A stretch of DNA of 64,000 nt, taken from positions 96,635-160,634 of the forward strand of contig VRVR01000002.1 of the NCBI GenBank assembly GCA_009859145.1, read 5' to 3'. Source of the stretch: Andalucia godoyi And28. Taxonomy: Eukaryota > Protista > Jakobida. Below the pieces are notes generated by a model. It was not told the DNA's origin and ran no database searches. It saw only the letters and a list, made by a program, of their open reading frames with translations. Positions within the stretch are counted from its first letter, which is position 1; the number at the start of each line of letters is the position of its first letter. The position numbers were made by a program, and so were the translations under genes. This document shows, one piece after another, positions 34,481-47,000 of the stretch.

Positions 34481-35265
34481 ATGCCGCGGCTGGATCAAGA
34501 ATTTCGCGGACCGCGGCCCAAAGATGCACCCTATCTGTCGAACAAGGATCGACGCAAGCTGTATTCTGGTCCGATTCTTCCAAAAAGCGAAATCAAGCAA
34601 GATGAGCAAGAAATCGACGACCACAAACTTGTTCAACGTCAGAAACAGATTGATTTTGGCAAGAACACGATTGGATATCAACGATATTTGCAGTTAATTC
34701 CAAAGTATGGTCCTTTTTAAATTTTTCTTCACCTTGCTTGCGTGTTTTTCTCACAGGAATGTACGTTTTTCGAGTTAACATGCGTTTGGTTTTGGTTTTT
34801 GGTTTCTTCTTCCTCGTTTTACGTTTGGCCGATTATGCAGAATGAAGCGAAACCGCGGTGATCCACAGACTCCCAATCCGCAGCTAAAGTGTTCCAAGCG
34901 AACCTTTGATGATTTGGTAAAGAACTGGAGAAGAGGCTTGCACAAATTCGATGATCCAACCACACCAATGAACAGCAAGCAAGTTTCCAAGCCGGCAGAA
35001 GATGCCAGGTTTGATTCGGATTCAGTTTACAACGGCCCAATGATGATCACCCAAGACATGCTCGAGTTTGATGATGACGATTTGTATGGACTTTTATCAT
35101 CCTCCTTCACTGCACTTCTCTTTCTCTTTCCCTTCCGTTCTCTGAAAGCAAGATGGTTTCTAACATGGCACGAATAGGCTTGGAGTTGATGTCGATGCTG
35201 ATCGGACGTCTGCGACACAAATCGATGAGAGCCAGCCGCTGTTTGACGATCTCCGAAACTTGTAA
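34481..35265 (+). CDS. SLBP: Histone mRNA stem-loop binding protein, 3 exons
   Basis: join(34481-34704,34841-35083,35178-35265), 184 aa. RNA-binding domain QRQKQIDFGKNTIGYQRY...PQTP...SKRTFDDLVKNWRRGLHKFD. Intron 2 has a TTCTAAC branch sequence just before its TAG acceptor. Confidence 0.88.
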
Positions 35266-35397
35266 AAACGTGCACTTTCCAAAAGGGAAGACATCAACAA
35301 AATTGCAGTGGATCATTTAGATCTTCTTTTATTCGACAATGCTGGGCTGGGTGACAGCACCGTCGTCACAATCCGCAGTAGTGCCATCCCCGTACCT

Positions 35398-36093
35398 TTA
35401 GCCTGGAGGCCATGAAAACTCCCGACCGCCAAGCAAGTGGATCTGCAGCAGAAAGAATCCCCGGATCAGAAAGAACTAAAGTAAGCGACAGCACAACATC
35501 AAGAGAGTCCAGTGGGGTCATAAGCGCGGGCAATCATGGGGAATGACATACGTGGAGATAGTTGACCATCTGACCTGATGCTTTTCCTTCTGCAAAACGG
35601 CATACGTTCCCGTCAAATACAACCCAAACAAGGAAAGAGGCAATTTCAAAACAAAACGAAGGCTGTGTAAGAATGTCACGAGGTGGCGATCATGGAAAGA
35701 ACGTTTGCAACAGGGACATAACAAAAATAAAAGCAGCGAAAAAGAAAGAAGACATAATAGATGGTAACAGGAGAACGACAGCAAACAAAACATACGATTA
35801 ATGACAACGCGATAGCCATCTTCTGCAACGCCCTCCTGTTTCGCAATATGACCAGCGACAAGTAAGAGATGTCCTAGATCCGCTTCCGCCTGCACATCCC
35901 CAATCTTCCTTTCGTGCAATTGCCCAATCTTGGTTGTCTTTGAAATCACCAAAATATGCGTCCGTGCTTTGGGATTAATGTCGAAGAATGCAAGCGCGCG
36001 ATCATCTTCGTATGCAACCTGCGCCGGAATCTTCTTGTCGAGGATCTTTTGAAAAAGCGTCTCTTCAGGCTTGATCGAAAACACTTCACTCAT
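35398..36093 (-). CDS. HINT1: Histidine triad nucleotide-binding protein, 3 exons
   Basis: Exons 36093-35796, 35589-35552 and 35442-35398 give 126 aa. Motifs TLFQKI, AFFDINPKARTHILVI and GYRVVIN, with the classic ending LHIHLLGGREFSWPPG. Confidence 0.9.
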
Positions 36094-36409
36094 CCTTCCT
36101 CTTCTCTTCCCTCTCCTCTCTCTTGCCTATTGAACCAGGAAAGTCCTCTTTTTCTTGCTTTTTAATTTCTGTGGAGTTAACTTGGCACTCGAAATGTCGG
36201 ATGGGAAACCAGCCAGAGAACTCTCGTTCAGAATGACTTCGAGATGTGTCGACATGATTCGTAGGTTCTGTGCCAATGGCAAAATCTGCCAAACAGAACA
36301 CAGCCGCGAAAGAAAACCCGTCCGTATTCCCGTCCATTTTTATAAAAAAATACTTTATTACTTTTTTAATTGTCTTATTATTTTGGTTTGGAAGTGAGCT
36401 AGTGAGAGG

Positions 36410-36465
<56 letters not shown>

Positions 36466-36467
36466 GA
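36410..36467. repeat. (GACA)n + (GA)n microsatellite abutting the ZNHIT6 ATG
   Basis: The tract ends 2 nt before the ATG at 36470. Confidence 0.95.
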
Positions 36468-36469
36468 AC

Positions 36470-37982
36470 ATGGTGCTTTGTCAGGTGTGTGGAAAGCAAG
36501 AGCACAAATACACGTGTCCCGGATGTTCTGTCAAGAGCTGTTCGCTGGATTGTGTCAACGCCCATAAGAAAGATAGTGGATGCACTGGTAAGCGCGATCG
36601 CACCAAGTACGTGGATGTATCGGAGTTCGACGATCAGCAATTAGCCAGCGGTATGCATGCTATTTCCCGTTTCCTGTTTCCTGTACTTGTTGCTGGTTGG
36701 AATAGACTCGTGTTACTAATATATCTGTGTCTACGTGTTTCCGTGTTGGCTATTGGTATTACCGAAACAACATGTGTGAGTGCGATCATGTAGATTTGCA
36801 TTTTCTGGAGGAGTGTGAACGAGCGGCCCAGGCAAGAGTGAGTGCAGATTTGCGACGAGTTCCGCAGTTTCTCAAGTATCTGCAAAGAAAGGCTCATATC
36901 CGGAAAATCAGACTGTCGATCATGCCCCCAATGATGAAGAAGAGAAGAGACAATAAGACAAGATGGGATTCCCAGCGAAAAGAAATCATCTGGTCCGTTG
37001 CTGTGTCGTTTTTCAATGTGTCTGTTCCGTATTTTTTCACCGAGTATGATCGTTGCGTTTTTCCTGTTTTTTGTCGAAAGTACCCTGTTTTCTGCTCCTT
37101 TGCCTTCAACTATGCGCAGGAAATTCATTTAAAGCAGTGGTGATGATGAAGCCGGAGGAGGTGGTGCAGAGAGGTGGGCGAGTCGGCGTTTGTTGTTGTC
37201 GGTGATACTAACAGGTTTTTATTGTTCTTTGAAATTGATTGTGTTGCGGGGAATGCAGGGCTTCGGAAAACACGACTGTTCGTGAAGTTGTAAGCAGCGT
37301 GCTGCGAAACAAGCTGTCCAGAGATCTTCTTGTGACGTTCCAGGAATGTGACGAGTCAGAATTGTGCGTACTTTTGAAACGAGATCGGATTCGACCGACT
37401 CAGAAAGCGTATCTGCGTATTTCGATGGATGGAGAACTTGCTGCTGCCATGGAGAACCAGGAAATAGTTGAGTATCCGACTCTCTTGGTTGCGAAATTGT
37501 CGGATTTGCAGAGCATCGACGCGGACGAATACCACAGTTTCGCTCCTACGAGCACCAACACGCAAGCGCCTGACGCAGAAGATCATGGCCACTCGGAAGA
37601 TGAATTTGTATTTGCTGATGGAGTTGGAGAAGGCTTTGGATTGGTGGTGGAACGAGCCCTTGGTGCCAAAGTGGTGGATGGATCCGCTCCAGATCTCTCC
37701 GATGTACCCTTGGCAGAGATCATATCAGCGCTGAATGCGGATTTTGGAGATGGTCCTTCTTCGATCATCCCTGTGATTGCTAATCGAGAAGTCGGCGAGC
37801 GCAGCGTCGGCCAACAGATCGGAGGCGATAACAAGGAATACGAGCCAGTTACTGCGAATCCGATGCAGTGTAGCCAGAATGGTCTGGTAAGTCTCGTGGA
37901 ATACGAGTGCTCGAGTGACGATGAAGAGGCGCCAGTGCAGGCTCCGATCCTTTCATCGCGGAAGCTTCAACATGCTCCATAG
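36470..37982 (+). CDS. ZNHIT6: Zinc finger HIT protein, box C/D snoRNP assembly factor Bcd1
   Basis: zf-HIT CQVCGKQEHKYTCPGCSVKSCSLDCVNAHKKDSGCTGKRDRT. Intron 36651-36793 gives LASDLHFLEE. A second intron starts at 37044; coding resumes at 37259, with a possible small exon between. Followed by EIVEYPTLLV. Confidence 0.85.
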
Positions 37983-38070
37983 TGAACAGCATATATCAAG
38001 AAATTTATTTGCCGAGAAGAGACGTGGGAAAGAGGGAGGGAAGGAAAAACATGATGCGACGATACAGTGC

Positions 38071-41000
38071 TTATGGGAGCAAAGAGCGAGACACTCGTGT
38101 TCCTGCAGAGCGGTTAGATCTTCGAGAGACAGTAGATCCCTCACGAAGAACCGGCTCTTCCGTCGGTTGTGGCCCCGCAGGTGCTCCGGTACGGCGATTT
38201 GCATCGGACTTCAGGTTTTCCAGAAGGAAATTGCGCTTTTGCATCGATCGTTGAGCGATTTGATTTTCTACAGTTGTGGACAAACGAGTGTCGAGTCGGG
38301 TTTTCACTTCTTGCGGTGGGAGATACTCGGGTAGGCAACCACGGACCTCGTACCGCCATTGCATGTCGTCGGAGAGAATTTCCAACATTCCAGAGAGCGT
38401 CTTTCCGTAATTGGTGGCCGTGTAGGATACAATAAATGGCGTTCCATCCTCAGAGCCAAACGGAGCAAGAGTTCCGGATGTCGGAATCACAGTGAACTCC
38501 AGAGGAGACTCGGGAGTGAAGCGAGCCTCGAAATGGGCAGGAGTAGGGAAGATGTTCGTCAGCCGGAAACAGACATTTTCGGTCTTGTGCATGTTCGACT
38601 CGATAATGATGATGTCGTCTGGGTCGGGAGGAGTGGCTTCCAGTTCAACATCAAACTTCCATCGTCCACCACTCTTTTTGTGGATCACGAGCTGAACTGT
38701 CGCTCTGAAAGACCGCAACGGCACAAACGTGACATGATACTTCAACGGTTGATTGACGCGCGTCACAATTTGGTCATCAGTGGCCACAATGGACAGTGCA
38801 CGATTCAGGAGAGTAGAAGTTTCAGCAGGAATCTTCAGTTCGTGCGTAAACTCTTCGTGGATCGGTATTGAATTTGCTGTTGACTGTGCCCCAATCCCAG
38901 AAGTCGGCATACCTTGGATCATGCTGTGCGGCAAGAGATCAGGAAGCACAATTTCAACATTCTCTTCCATGCGTGTACGGGCCTTGCATTTGAACCGGAA
39001 TGGACGGTCGGACGGGGTGTTCTCCGCAACGCCGCGGATGGGATACTTCCATTGCAAACGCTGGTTCGTACCAGGTACGTGTTCATCAAAATTCGCAGCA
39101 TAATCTGCAGAAGACGGAGGTGGAGCAATCATTTCAACCAACAAATGGGCATTGAACTCTGTCATGCGTGTCGGAGTAAAACTAAAAGGAATCTGCAACG
39201 TAGAAAACCCTTTCACAGCCTGCCGCAGCGGCCGCAGAAGCAACTGATACACCCGGTCGTCCGGAATAATAGAAGACGGACCAGGAACAGACGACGCTGC
39301 AGAAGCGGATCGCATGTTGTGATACAGACTGGAAGACAAGCTGGAATGTGCGGACGATGTTGTCGACGGGCGTGAGGGATCTTCCTCGGCCAGGACAGTG
39401 CCAACTGCAACGGAAAACCATCGAGTATCCGGAAACGGATTTCGGAATGATGCAACTTGTGTCGTTGTGCGGCCAACAGGAGAGGCAACCATAATTTCCT
39501 CCATAGTCGTGGGAAGCAAGCCGACGCCAGAACACTTGTACGTCCACGTTCCAGCCACGGGGTTGGAAAATTGGACGATGCCAGTTTCCGCACTCATGAT
39601 TGATGAAGGACAATACTCCACTTCAACATCAAACGAGTCGTACGGACCTATCAGGAACGTATCGGGGTGTCCACGGAAATTCTGGGGATTCGAACTCGTT
39701 GCTCGAAGCGTAATCTCCTCTCCAATTGGGTTCTCGATGCGGACTTTTGCAGACTTTCGAACACCAATTTCACACCTAAATTCAGGAAGGACAACATCCT
39801 CTGCGGCCTCCGCAACGAGAATGAGATCATACCAAAATTCTCCGAATTCATTATTAGCAAAGGAAATGGACCCTTTGGACTGTCCCGAGAAGAGAGGACA
39901 GTACACCAACGGATAAGCGGCAGACTCTCCTGCATCCAGCACCACCTTCGGCTCGCCCATCAAGCCGGCTCCGTCCATGCGAACATCAAACTCGACAGGA
40001 ACATCGAAGGGGTTCGTGATGGAGACCTCGGCGACAACAGCCTGTCGAATAGGGGTCTGAAGTCGTACAGAACCTTCGGCAGACGCTCGTTCTGCGTTGA
40101 CTTCCACAGTGTACCAAGAAAATTCCTCAGAAGAAGGAGCCTTGAAAACAATCGAACCCGTATACGACCCAGATCGAGGAGGCGCGATCACAAACGAGTA
40201 CACAGATCCAGACTGCGACGGCTTGAACAGCCTCTCGCCCTTGAAGAACGGCAGATCAAACTCCACGTCAAAGATGGAATTCGCAGTGTTCTTGTTTCCG
40301 GGCAGTTCTGTCACCGTCAATTGATACTCAACGACTTGACGAGCTTTGCAATCGATCACCACATGATCGGCAGCGAGGGGTTCTTCAGCCTGACCACGAA
40401 GCTGGAATATCATCTTGTCATCGGTAGTGGGGTTCAACAAAATGAGTTCTCCACGCACATCGCATATCCACGAAGGCGAAAACGTCAAAGAGAAGTTCAC
40501 TGTAGAATTTCTCGGAACCTTGATTTCGCGCGGCGCAGTGAAGTACTGGCCGCGGAGGTCGGCTTGGATCACCCAATCCTGATTCGTCGTCCGGTTCACC
40601 AGCGGAATGTCCTGGGTGATAGACTGGCGACATGGAACAGCGAACTCCAGAGACGCTTTGTGACCAGCAGAAAGCGCCTTTCCCTCAAATTCATACAGGC
40701 GAACATCATAAGCAGAGCGAAGAAGGAATCTGCAAGAATAAACTCCAGCTTCTTTGGGTCGGAATTCCAGAGGCAACACTTCATCTCCGTCCGATTTCGC
40801 AGCAGACTTCGCTTTTCCAAGCGAAGCGTCCACCTCACCACTCGTTTTCTTGTTCAAAACAATCTCCTTTGGTCCAGACAAATAGGGAGACAGGTATTCG
40901 ACCTTGTACTTGATCGGCTCGTCCGTCGGAAGAACTTCGGGTGCCTTGCGTCGCAGTTTCAGCTCCTTCATTCGCTGCACGATATTCTCACAAGCTTTGT

Positions 41001-44000
41001 CGAGAATCGCATTCTTCAACGGCACCACGACAATGTGCGTAGATACCGAGTTTTCTTCCGCTCTGCCCAAGAACTTGTTCGCAACTGAGGGATAGACTGC
41101 AGTCGCATTGACTTGGTACACAAATTCGCCGACTGCTTCGTCTGCAAAAGTAATTCTGCATACGTAGTCGCCAGACCGAAAACCAAGAAACTGAACAGGA
41201 ATTTTGATTCTCTCATCCGGCCTGAGCTGCAACTTGTCTGCTTTCAAGAAGAATGCATCCGGAAAATTGGCACGGTCCGCAATCGTAGAGGATGATGACG
41301 TGTTTTGAACAACGGATTTGTCACCAACCATGCGCCCTTTCGGAGGAGAAGCAGACTTCTTTGAAAGCACAGACGCGGAGGCGGACACGGATTGGCTTCC
41401 AGTGTACGACTGAGACAATAGAACAGTGAACCGGCCCGCTTGAAGAAACGGATTTTGCACTTCCACATCGAGAGTCTTCGGTTCGTAAACATTGGCTTCC
41501 AAAGCGAATGTCTTTGTGGCATGGGAGGTGTCCACAGCAGTTCGTAAAAGGAAGACCATGGAAGACGGCACGTGCTGCCCAACCTTACGTCCTAGAAGCG
41601 TAATTCTGCCTTCCACCGGCTTGCAGAACTTGCAAAGCGCGGTAACTGCCAGACTACAGGTTTTTTTTGGCTCCAAGCGAACCTTGTCTTCTGCTACCGA
41701 GAACGTGGGGGTCGCGTCCTTGGAATCAGTAGCAAAATGCTCGAGACGCACAGAAAACTCGATCAATCGCGAGGAAGGATTCGAAAGCTCGATATTCTTC
41801 ACGCAAGGCACCAAAAGTTGGCAAGGAAAATCTATTGAAGTCTTCGGGATAAAGCTTGGCAGATTTTGATAGAGATACCAACACAACAAGATCATGTCCC
41901 TCGCGTTTGGTGCCACAAGATCTCGGATGTCGGGAACATAGTCGAGACCGAGTTCTTTCATGCACGAAATCACAATTGCAGCATTATGTTCCAGATCCTC
42001 TTTAGACCGGCAGACCATCCGGAAAGCAGAGTACTTGCGAGAAAAGGTAGGAACGTGAGACTCCATCAATGAAAACAGCACATGACCGTCTCTCAAATCA
42101 GAGTCGAAGTTGATTATCTTTTTCCACGGCGCTGACGGCGCCGCATCCGCAGCACCCAGTTCTTTTGAAAGTGCATCTGTCGAGGACAACGGGAACGGTG
42201 TTCCTTTGTTTCGTGTGACATTGTAGTGGTATGTAAGCCATTTGAGAAGAATGTTCTCCGCAGAATTCATGAAGTTACTCTGCGTGATTGCGCCATCCGC
42301 AACAGACACGAACTCCTTTGCGATGCCCGGAAGCACTGCAAACGACTTCCATGTCACTCGATTCAACATGAAAACTTTGAAGATCTGATAAATCACATTC
42401 GTCCATGCTTCGGCAGCCCTCAGCATGAAGCGCTTTTCCGAAAACTTTCGCTGCTGCTGGGAGGGTAGTGGTACGCCAGACGCAAGAAGGGCCTCTTCAC
42501 GCAGCGACACAATGCGAAGGTAGTCTTCGTACCGCAACAAAAATTCAGGACGGACATCGTTCAAAAGCGCTCCGTGAGACTTCAAAAACGACAGAACCTC
42601 ATCATAGCGATTCATCAGCGATTGGACACCATCGCGCTGAGACACGGACTTTTCCGCTGCAGAAGCTTCTTTCTTCTTGGAGCTGTTGTCAGCCGTCTTC
42701 CCGGAAAGGAAGCCCACGAGATCGAACAACGGTTCCCCGTTGAACCGAATGAAGTCTGCGATCAAATCCTGAACAGGGTTCTTCAACACGCAGACGTTCA
42801 AGAAGCCTCGAATCCTCTCCAGGCTGCGACGGGAGTACAGCTGCTTTCGGAATCGCTCAGTCTTGCCATACACCGAAGATTCTGCTTCGGATTCAACACC
42901 CCCAGAATACACCGACAAACCGGAAGAGATTGACAGCTTCGCCAACGCTTCCATTTCGTCGGTTGTGCGCTCCAGCAACAACACAGGGCTTTCAAACGAA
43001 TCAGAGGCGACACGAACAGCCTCACGATGTCCATAAACATACGGGAAGATCGTGCACAAGGAGTTGTCCGTGGTTCCGCTGATCGGAATCGAAAACTTGT
43101 TCCCCTCATTGTCAAAGAAATCGATTTTCGCAGTGAAGGACGTTGGCTTCTTTGCACAAAACGAAACCTCAACAGGAATCTGCAATCGCGTGCGATCCAG
43201 AACAGACCCTTCGGGGAACTTGATGAACAGCGGGATTCTGGACGTGTCACCGGGAAGCTTGTGCTTCAAGTCAACAGTTTCATAGCCCTCATTAATGACG
43301 TGGAACACATAAGACGAGGTGAAACCGAGAGGAACAACAGGAAGGATGATCTCTCTCTGATCAAAAGTGATCATCGGATATATGCCAGTACCGCGCAACT
43401 CCAACTCGGCATACACCGAAGACGACCTGCTCGGCGATTCCGGGTCCAAAATAAGCGGAATCGTTGCAGCATATTGCTTATTTTCCCGCGGCTTGAAGAA
43501 AACTTTGATCGACACGGTGTCGCGAGGAAGAACGATCCCCTCCGTAACATCCAGCGTAAAGAAAGATGAACATGCCGCAAGGGCTTCCTCGCTGAACTTC
43601 CACTCGACAGGCTTATCCTCCTCGGAAGTAATCGTAAATTCGGATTCATGGCCAGAAACCAATTCCGAGCCGGGAATCTCTTTGAAAACAACACGATTCC
43701 GGAAGTCAACCATTGTAGTGGAGAGGCTGAGGCGGCTGGCCAAAGCTTGTGCCCGGACACGACGAGCAAGATTGGATCCTGCAGAAGCGACGCCTGCGAG
43801 AGTCAGCGGAAGATCAAATTCGTGGGTTCCGACTTCACTTGGAGAAAACACCATCCAGCAATGCAACTCTTCGTTCGGCTGAACAGTAATTCGATAGCGT
43901 CGCAAGTCAACATCGTCTTCAGAGGAGACCTCGGAAACGGCATCGTCCTCCTCCCCATCCTCTTTCTGGAAGCGAACTCCCCGTGAACTACTTTGCTCGG

Positions 44001-47000
44001 GGGTCGCCTTGCCTGCAGCGTCGTCACTGAGTAGGCCTTGGATGCCTTCTTCTCCAGGAATGGATCCCAGTCTTGCAATGCAAATTGGCGCATCCTCATG
44101 ATCCGGGACAGCGGTCCCATCCTCCAGTGTGCAGCTGAAATCTCGATGTTCTGTGAAATCCAAAAACAAAACAGCAGGAATGGCAGAAACATTCCGGAAA
44201 CTGGCCTTGCGACGCGCAACTCCATTGACGTAAATTTCCCCGAAGTTGAAAGAAGAACTGGGAATCGTGACGCTGGGAATCTGAGCATCTGCCTTGATGG
44301 GCAACCTGATTGACTTTCCTCCGCGGATAGAGAAGACCAACCGCGTGTCAACCACCTGCGGAACGCCGAGCTTAACAGACACTTGAATTTCTTGCGATGA
44401 GCGCATTCCGATTAACCCTCTAGGAGGAGTCACTGTAACTCCTGGCATCGTGGCATCGACAAAAAACACGGCATTGTTTTCTCCGACATTCCTAATCCGA
44501 AATGTCTTTGTTTTCAGCATACCCACAGGGACAATGCCAAATTCCAACTGCTTCTCCGCAATCTTGCACTTTGATTCGGCAACCAATCCATTGCAACGCA
44601 GAGATCGCACATGTCCGCCCTTCACGTCCAACAGCAATTCCGAAGCGGACTCGGAAACGTCCGGATCCGGGGAATAGGTGAACCGAGCAATTCCAGTCTC
44701 AAAAGGCTGAATAACCCCGGACACAGGCTCCACTGTAAACGCCCCATCCGTGGGAAGATTCTTCCAGCAAAACTGGGCCGGCGCACCAGAAGTATTCGTC
44801 AGCGACACCGTTTCGGTAACAGTTCTTTCCATCGAAAAGTCTCCGAATCGGAACAACACTTCTTCTGAAGACAGTCTGACATCGATGGGAACAATTTCCG
44901 CATACACCAGAAACTTCAGTCGATGGTGCCCATTGACCGTGAAATAAACCGTTTGTTGGAATGTCTGAGCAATGTCTGAACAAAGTGTGATATCAAAACC
45001 TGCGGTCCCATTGGGAGGGATAACTTGGCTCCACGGTGACGACTGCGAAAGCTCTTCCCGTTCGGATAATAGAGAAACCAAAACGGAGGTCGACAAGTGA
45101 TTCAGCACCGAAAAAGACTTGGTCAGTTTCGAATACACGGAAAGCGTACCAAAGTCCAAGACCTTTGGTCCATATGAAATTTGCATCAACTCCTTGGGGG
45201 AAAGCAAAGTGGCACATTCACGAGCTTCTGCAGGATTCGATGGATGTGGTTTGAACTTCTTTTTGATAATTTTGTTCTCATCAAACACCATTGATCGCTT
45301 TTTCGGACTTCCCTTCTGCGATGACTCTTGACCAGGCCGGTTGTTCAAAAAAAGAGGATCAGCTGCTGGTGGAAGTTCAAGACGAGGGGACTGCAGACCA
45401 TCTGCAGGAATCAGCCCAATGTCTCGATCGTTCATGTACATCACCTCGTGTTGGGATTGAGCCGCCAACACTTCATCCTCGTTCTTGCCTTGTCGGATGT
45501 AAGAGTTGTATTTCCTATGGTGGTCCATGGTCTTCACAAATTCCGGGTTACTGAGGGCGTCACTCTTCTTCACAACGTACGCACCAGTCTGTGAGGAAAC
45601 GTTTGCATCGGAGCTGCGCATCGAAATGGAAAAGGGATCCACAAACTTGAGTTCTGGTTTGAAATCTTCTGCAATTTTGTCCGTCCCTCCAATGATGGCC
45701 TTCTTGGGAGCAATTGTCGACGACGAACCGGAGACACGGATGGGAAAACGTACAATTCCACCGCAAACAGAGACCATGAGAATATGCTCAAAGCTGCCCA
45801 GTTGGCGGGGAGTAAAACTGAAAACAACATTCCTGGATTGCAGAGGCAGCAGCTTCCCTTTCGAAGGTCTGACAGAAAAGTTAGGAGCGGTTTCAATCGA
45901 GAAATCCACAGGAAGCTCGTCACTCTGGTTTTTCATGGTCACCAGATAGTCGCAATGGTCATTCGATGGACACTCTCCAAACACAAGTCGCTTTTCCGAG
46001 ACATCGATAGTCGGTGTGATCGCACGACCGACATAATTGAACGTCAACTTCTGCTCCGTCTCAATGACTTCTATTTGCATGCGTCCAAAATAGTCCTGCG
46101 TGCCAACAGCGTTGGTGGACGAGGTGCTCTTGAAGCCTCGTTTTGCAGTCGCAACTTCTGCTGAGAGAATAAACGTGATCTCGGCTTGCTGGTACGGCTC
46201 AAGGACCCCCTCTGGGGGATCTGCTTGAACGGGACCGAAACCGTCAGCATCCGAATTATCTTCTGAAGCATTGCCGCTGTCTCCTGTTTCTTCCTTGAAA
46301 GGCCGGATCACATAGGAGCACTTTGCTGGGGAATTGTTAACCAAAATCGCGGTCGTATGGTGTTTTTCTCCAAAAAACATCGTTCCGAACACCAGTTCCG
46401 AGACAACTCCTGCTGAATCCGGAGTCAGCAGTTCCACGCGGCTTTCAACACACGTTGCAAACACATCCAGAACACGGCTCTGCTGATTTTTCACATCTAC
46501 TTGAACGAATTGGCGAAATGGCCCAGGCTTTTCGCACGTGACACAGACTTTAAATTCCTGAGACATATGCGGGTCAATGATACCGTTTGCCGGGGCGATG
46601 CTCAGTTGACTGTCATCACAGGAAAATCGAAATTCGCCAGGAAGTGAACCGCAATTTTGGACTCGAAATGGCACCGTAAGCGGCTGTCCAACAACCACCG
46701 TGCCGACACTCAAGAACGGCTCAAACGCAAGATCAGCTGTTGGGAATGTCGCAGAAATGGGAACTTCAATCTTTTCGGTGTCAGACATGACGATGAGGCG
46801 ATCGAAGCTATCCTTCTTGTCTTTTGCGACGAATTCCAATTCCACAATTTGCTCCAATCCTGGTGCGATACCTTCTAGAGGAACGTATTGGAGTGAAAAC
46901 GCCTTTTGTGCAGGAGGGATGACACGAATTCGCTTCGTTTGCATGCTCGTATTTTGAATCGTAAGACGCATGAAATACTTGATTCCAGTTTGCACATCTT

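Noticed and set aside
34755-34767. Possible 4-nt microexon (CAG|GAAT|GTACGT) in SLBP intron 1
   Set aside because: Inclusion with the main acceptor shifts the frame to an early TGA, whereas direct splicing preserves the RNA-binding domain.
39667-41088. 473-aa plus-strand ORF and other long antisense ORFs (e.g. 221-664, 55715-56362, 23063-23725)
   Set aside because: They are shadows of well-supported opposite-strand genes and have no recognisable motifs.
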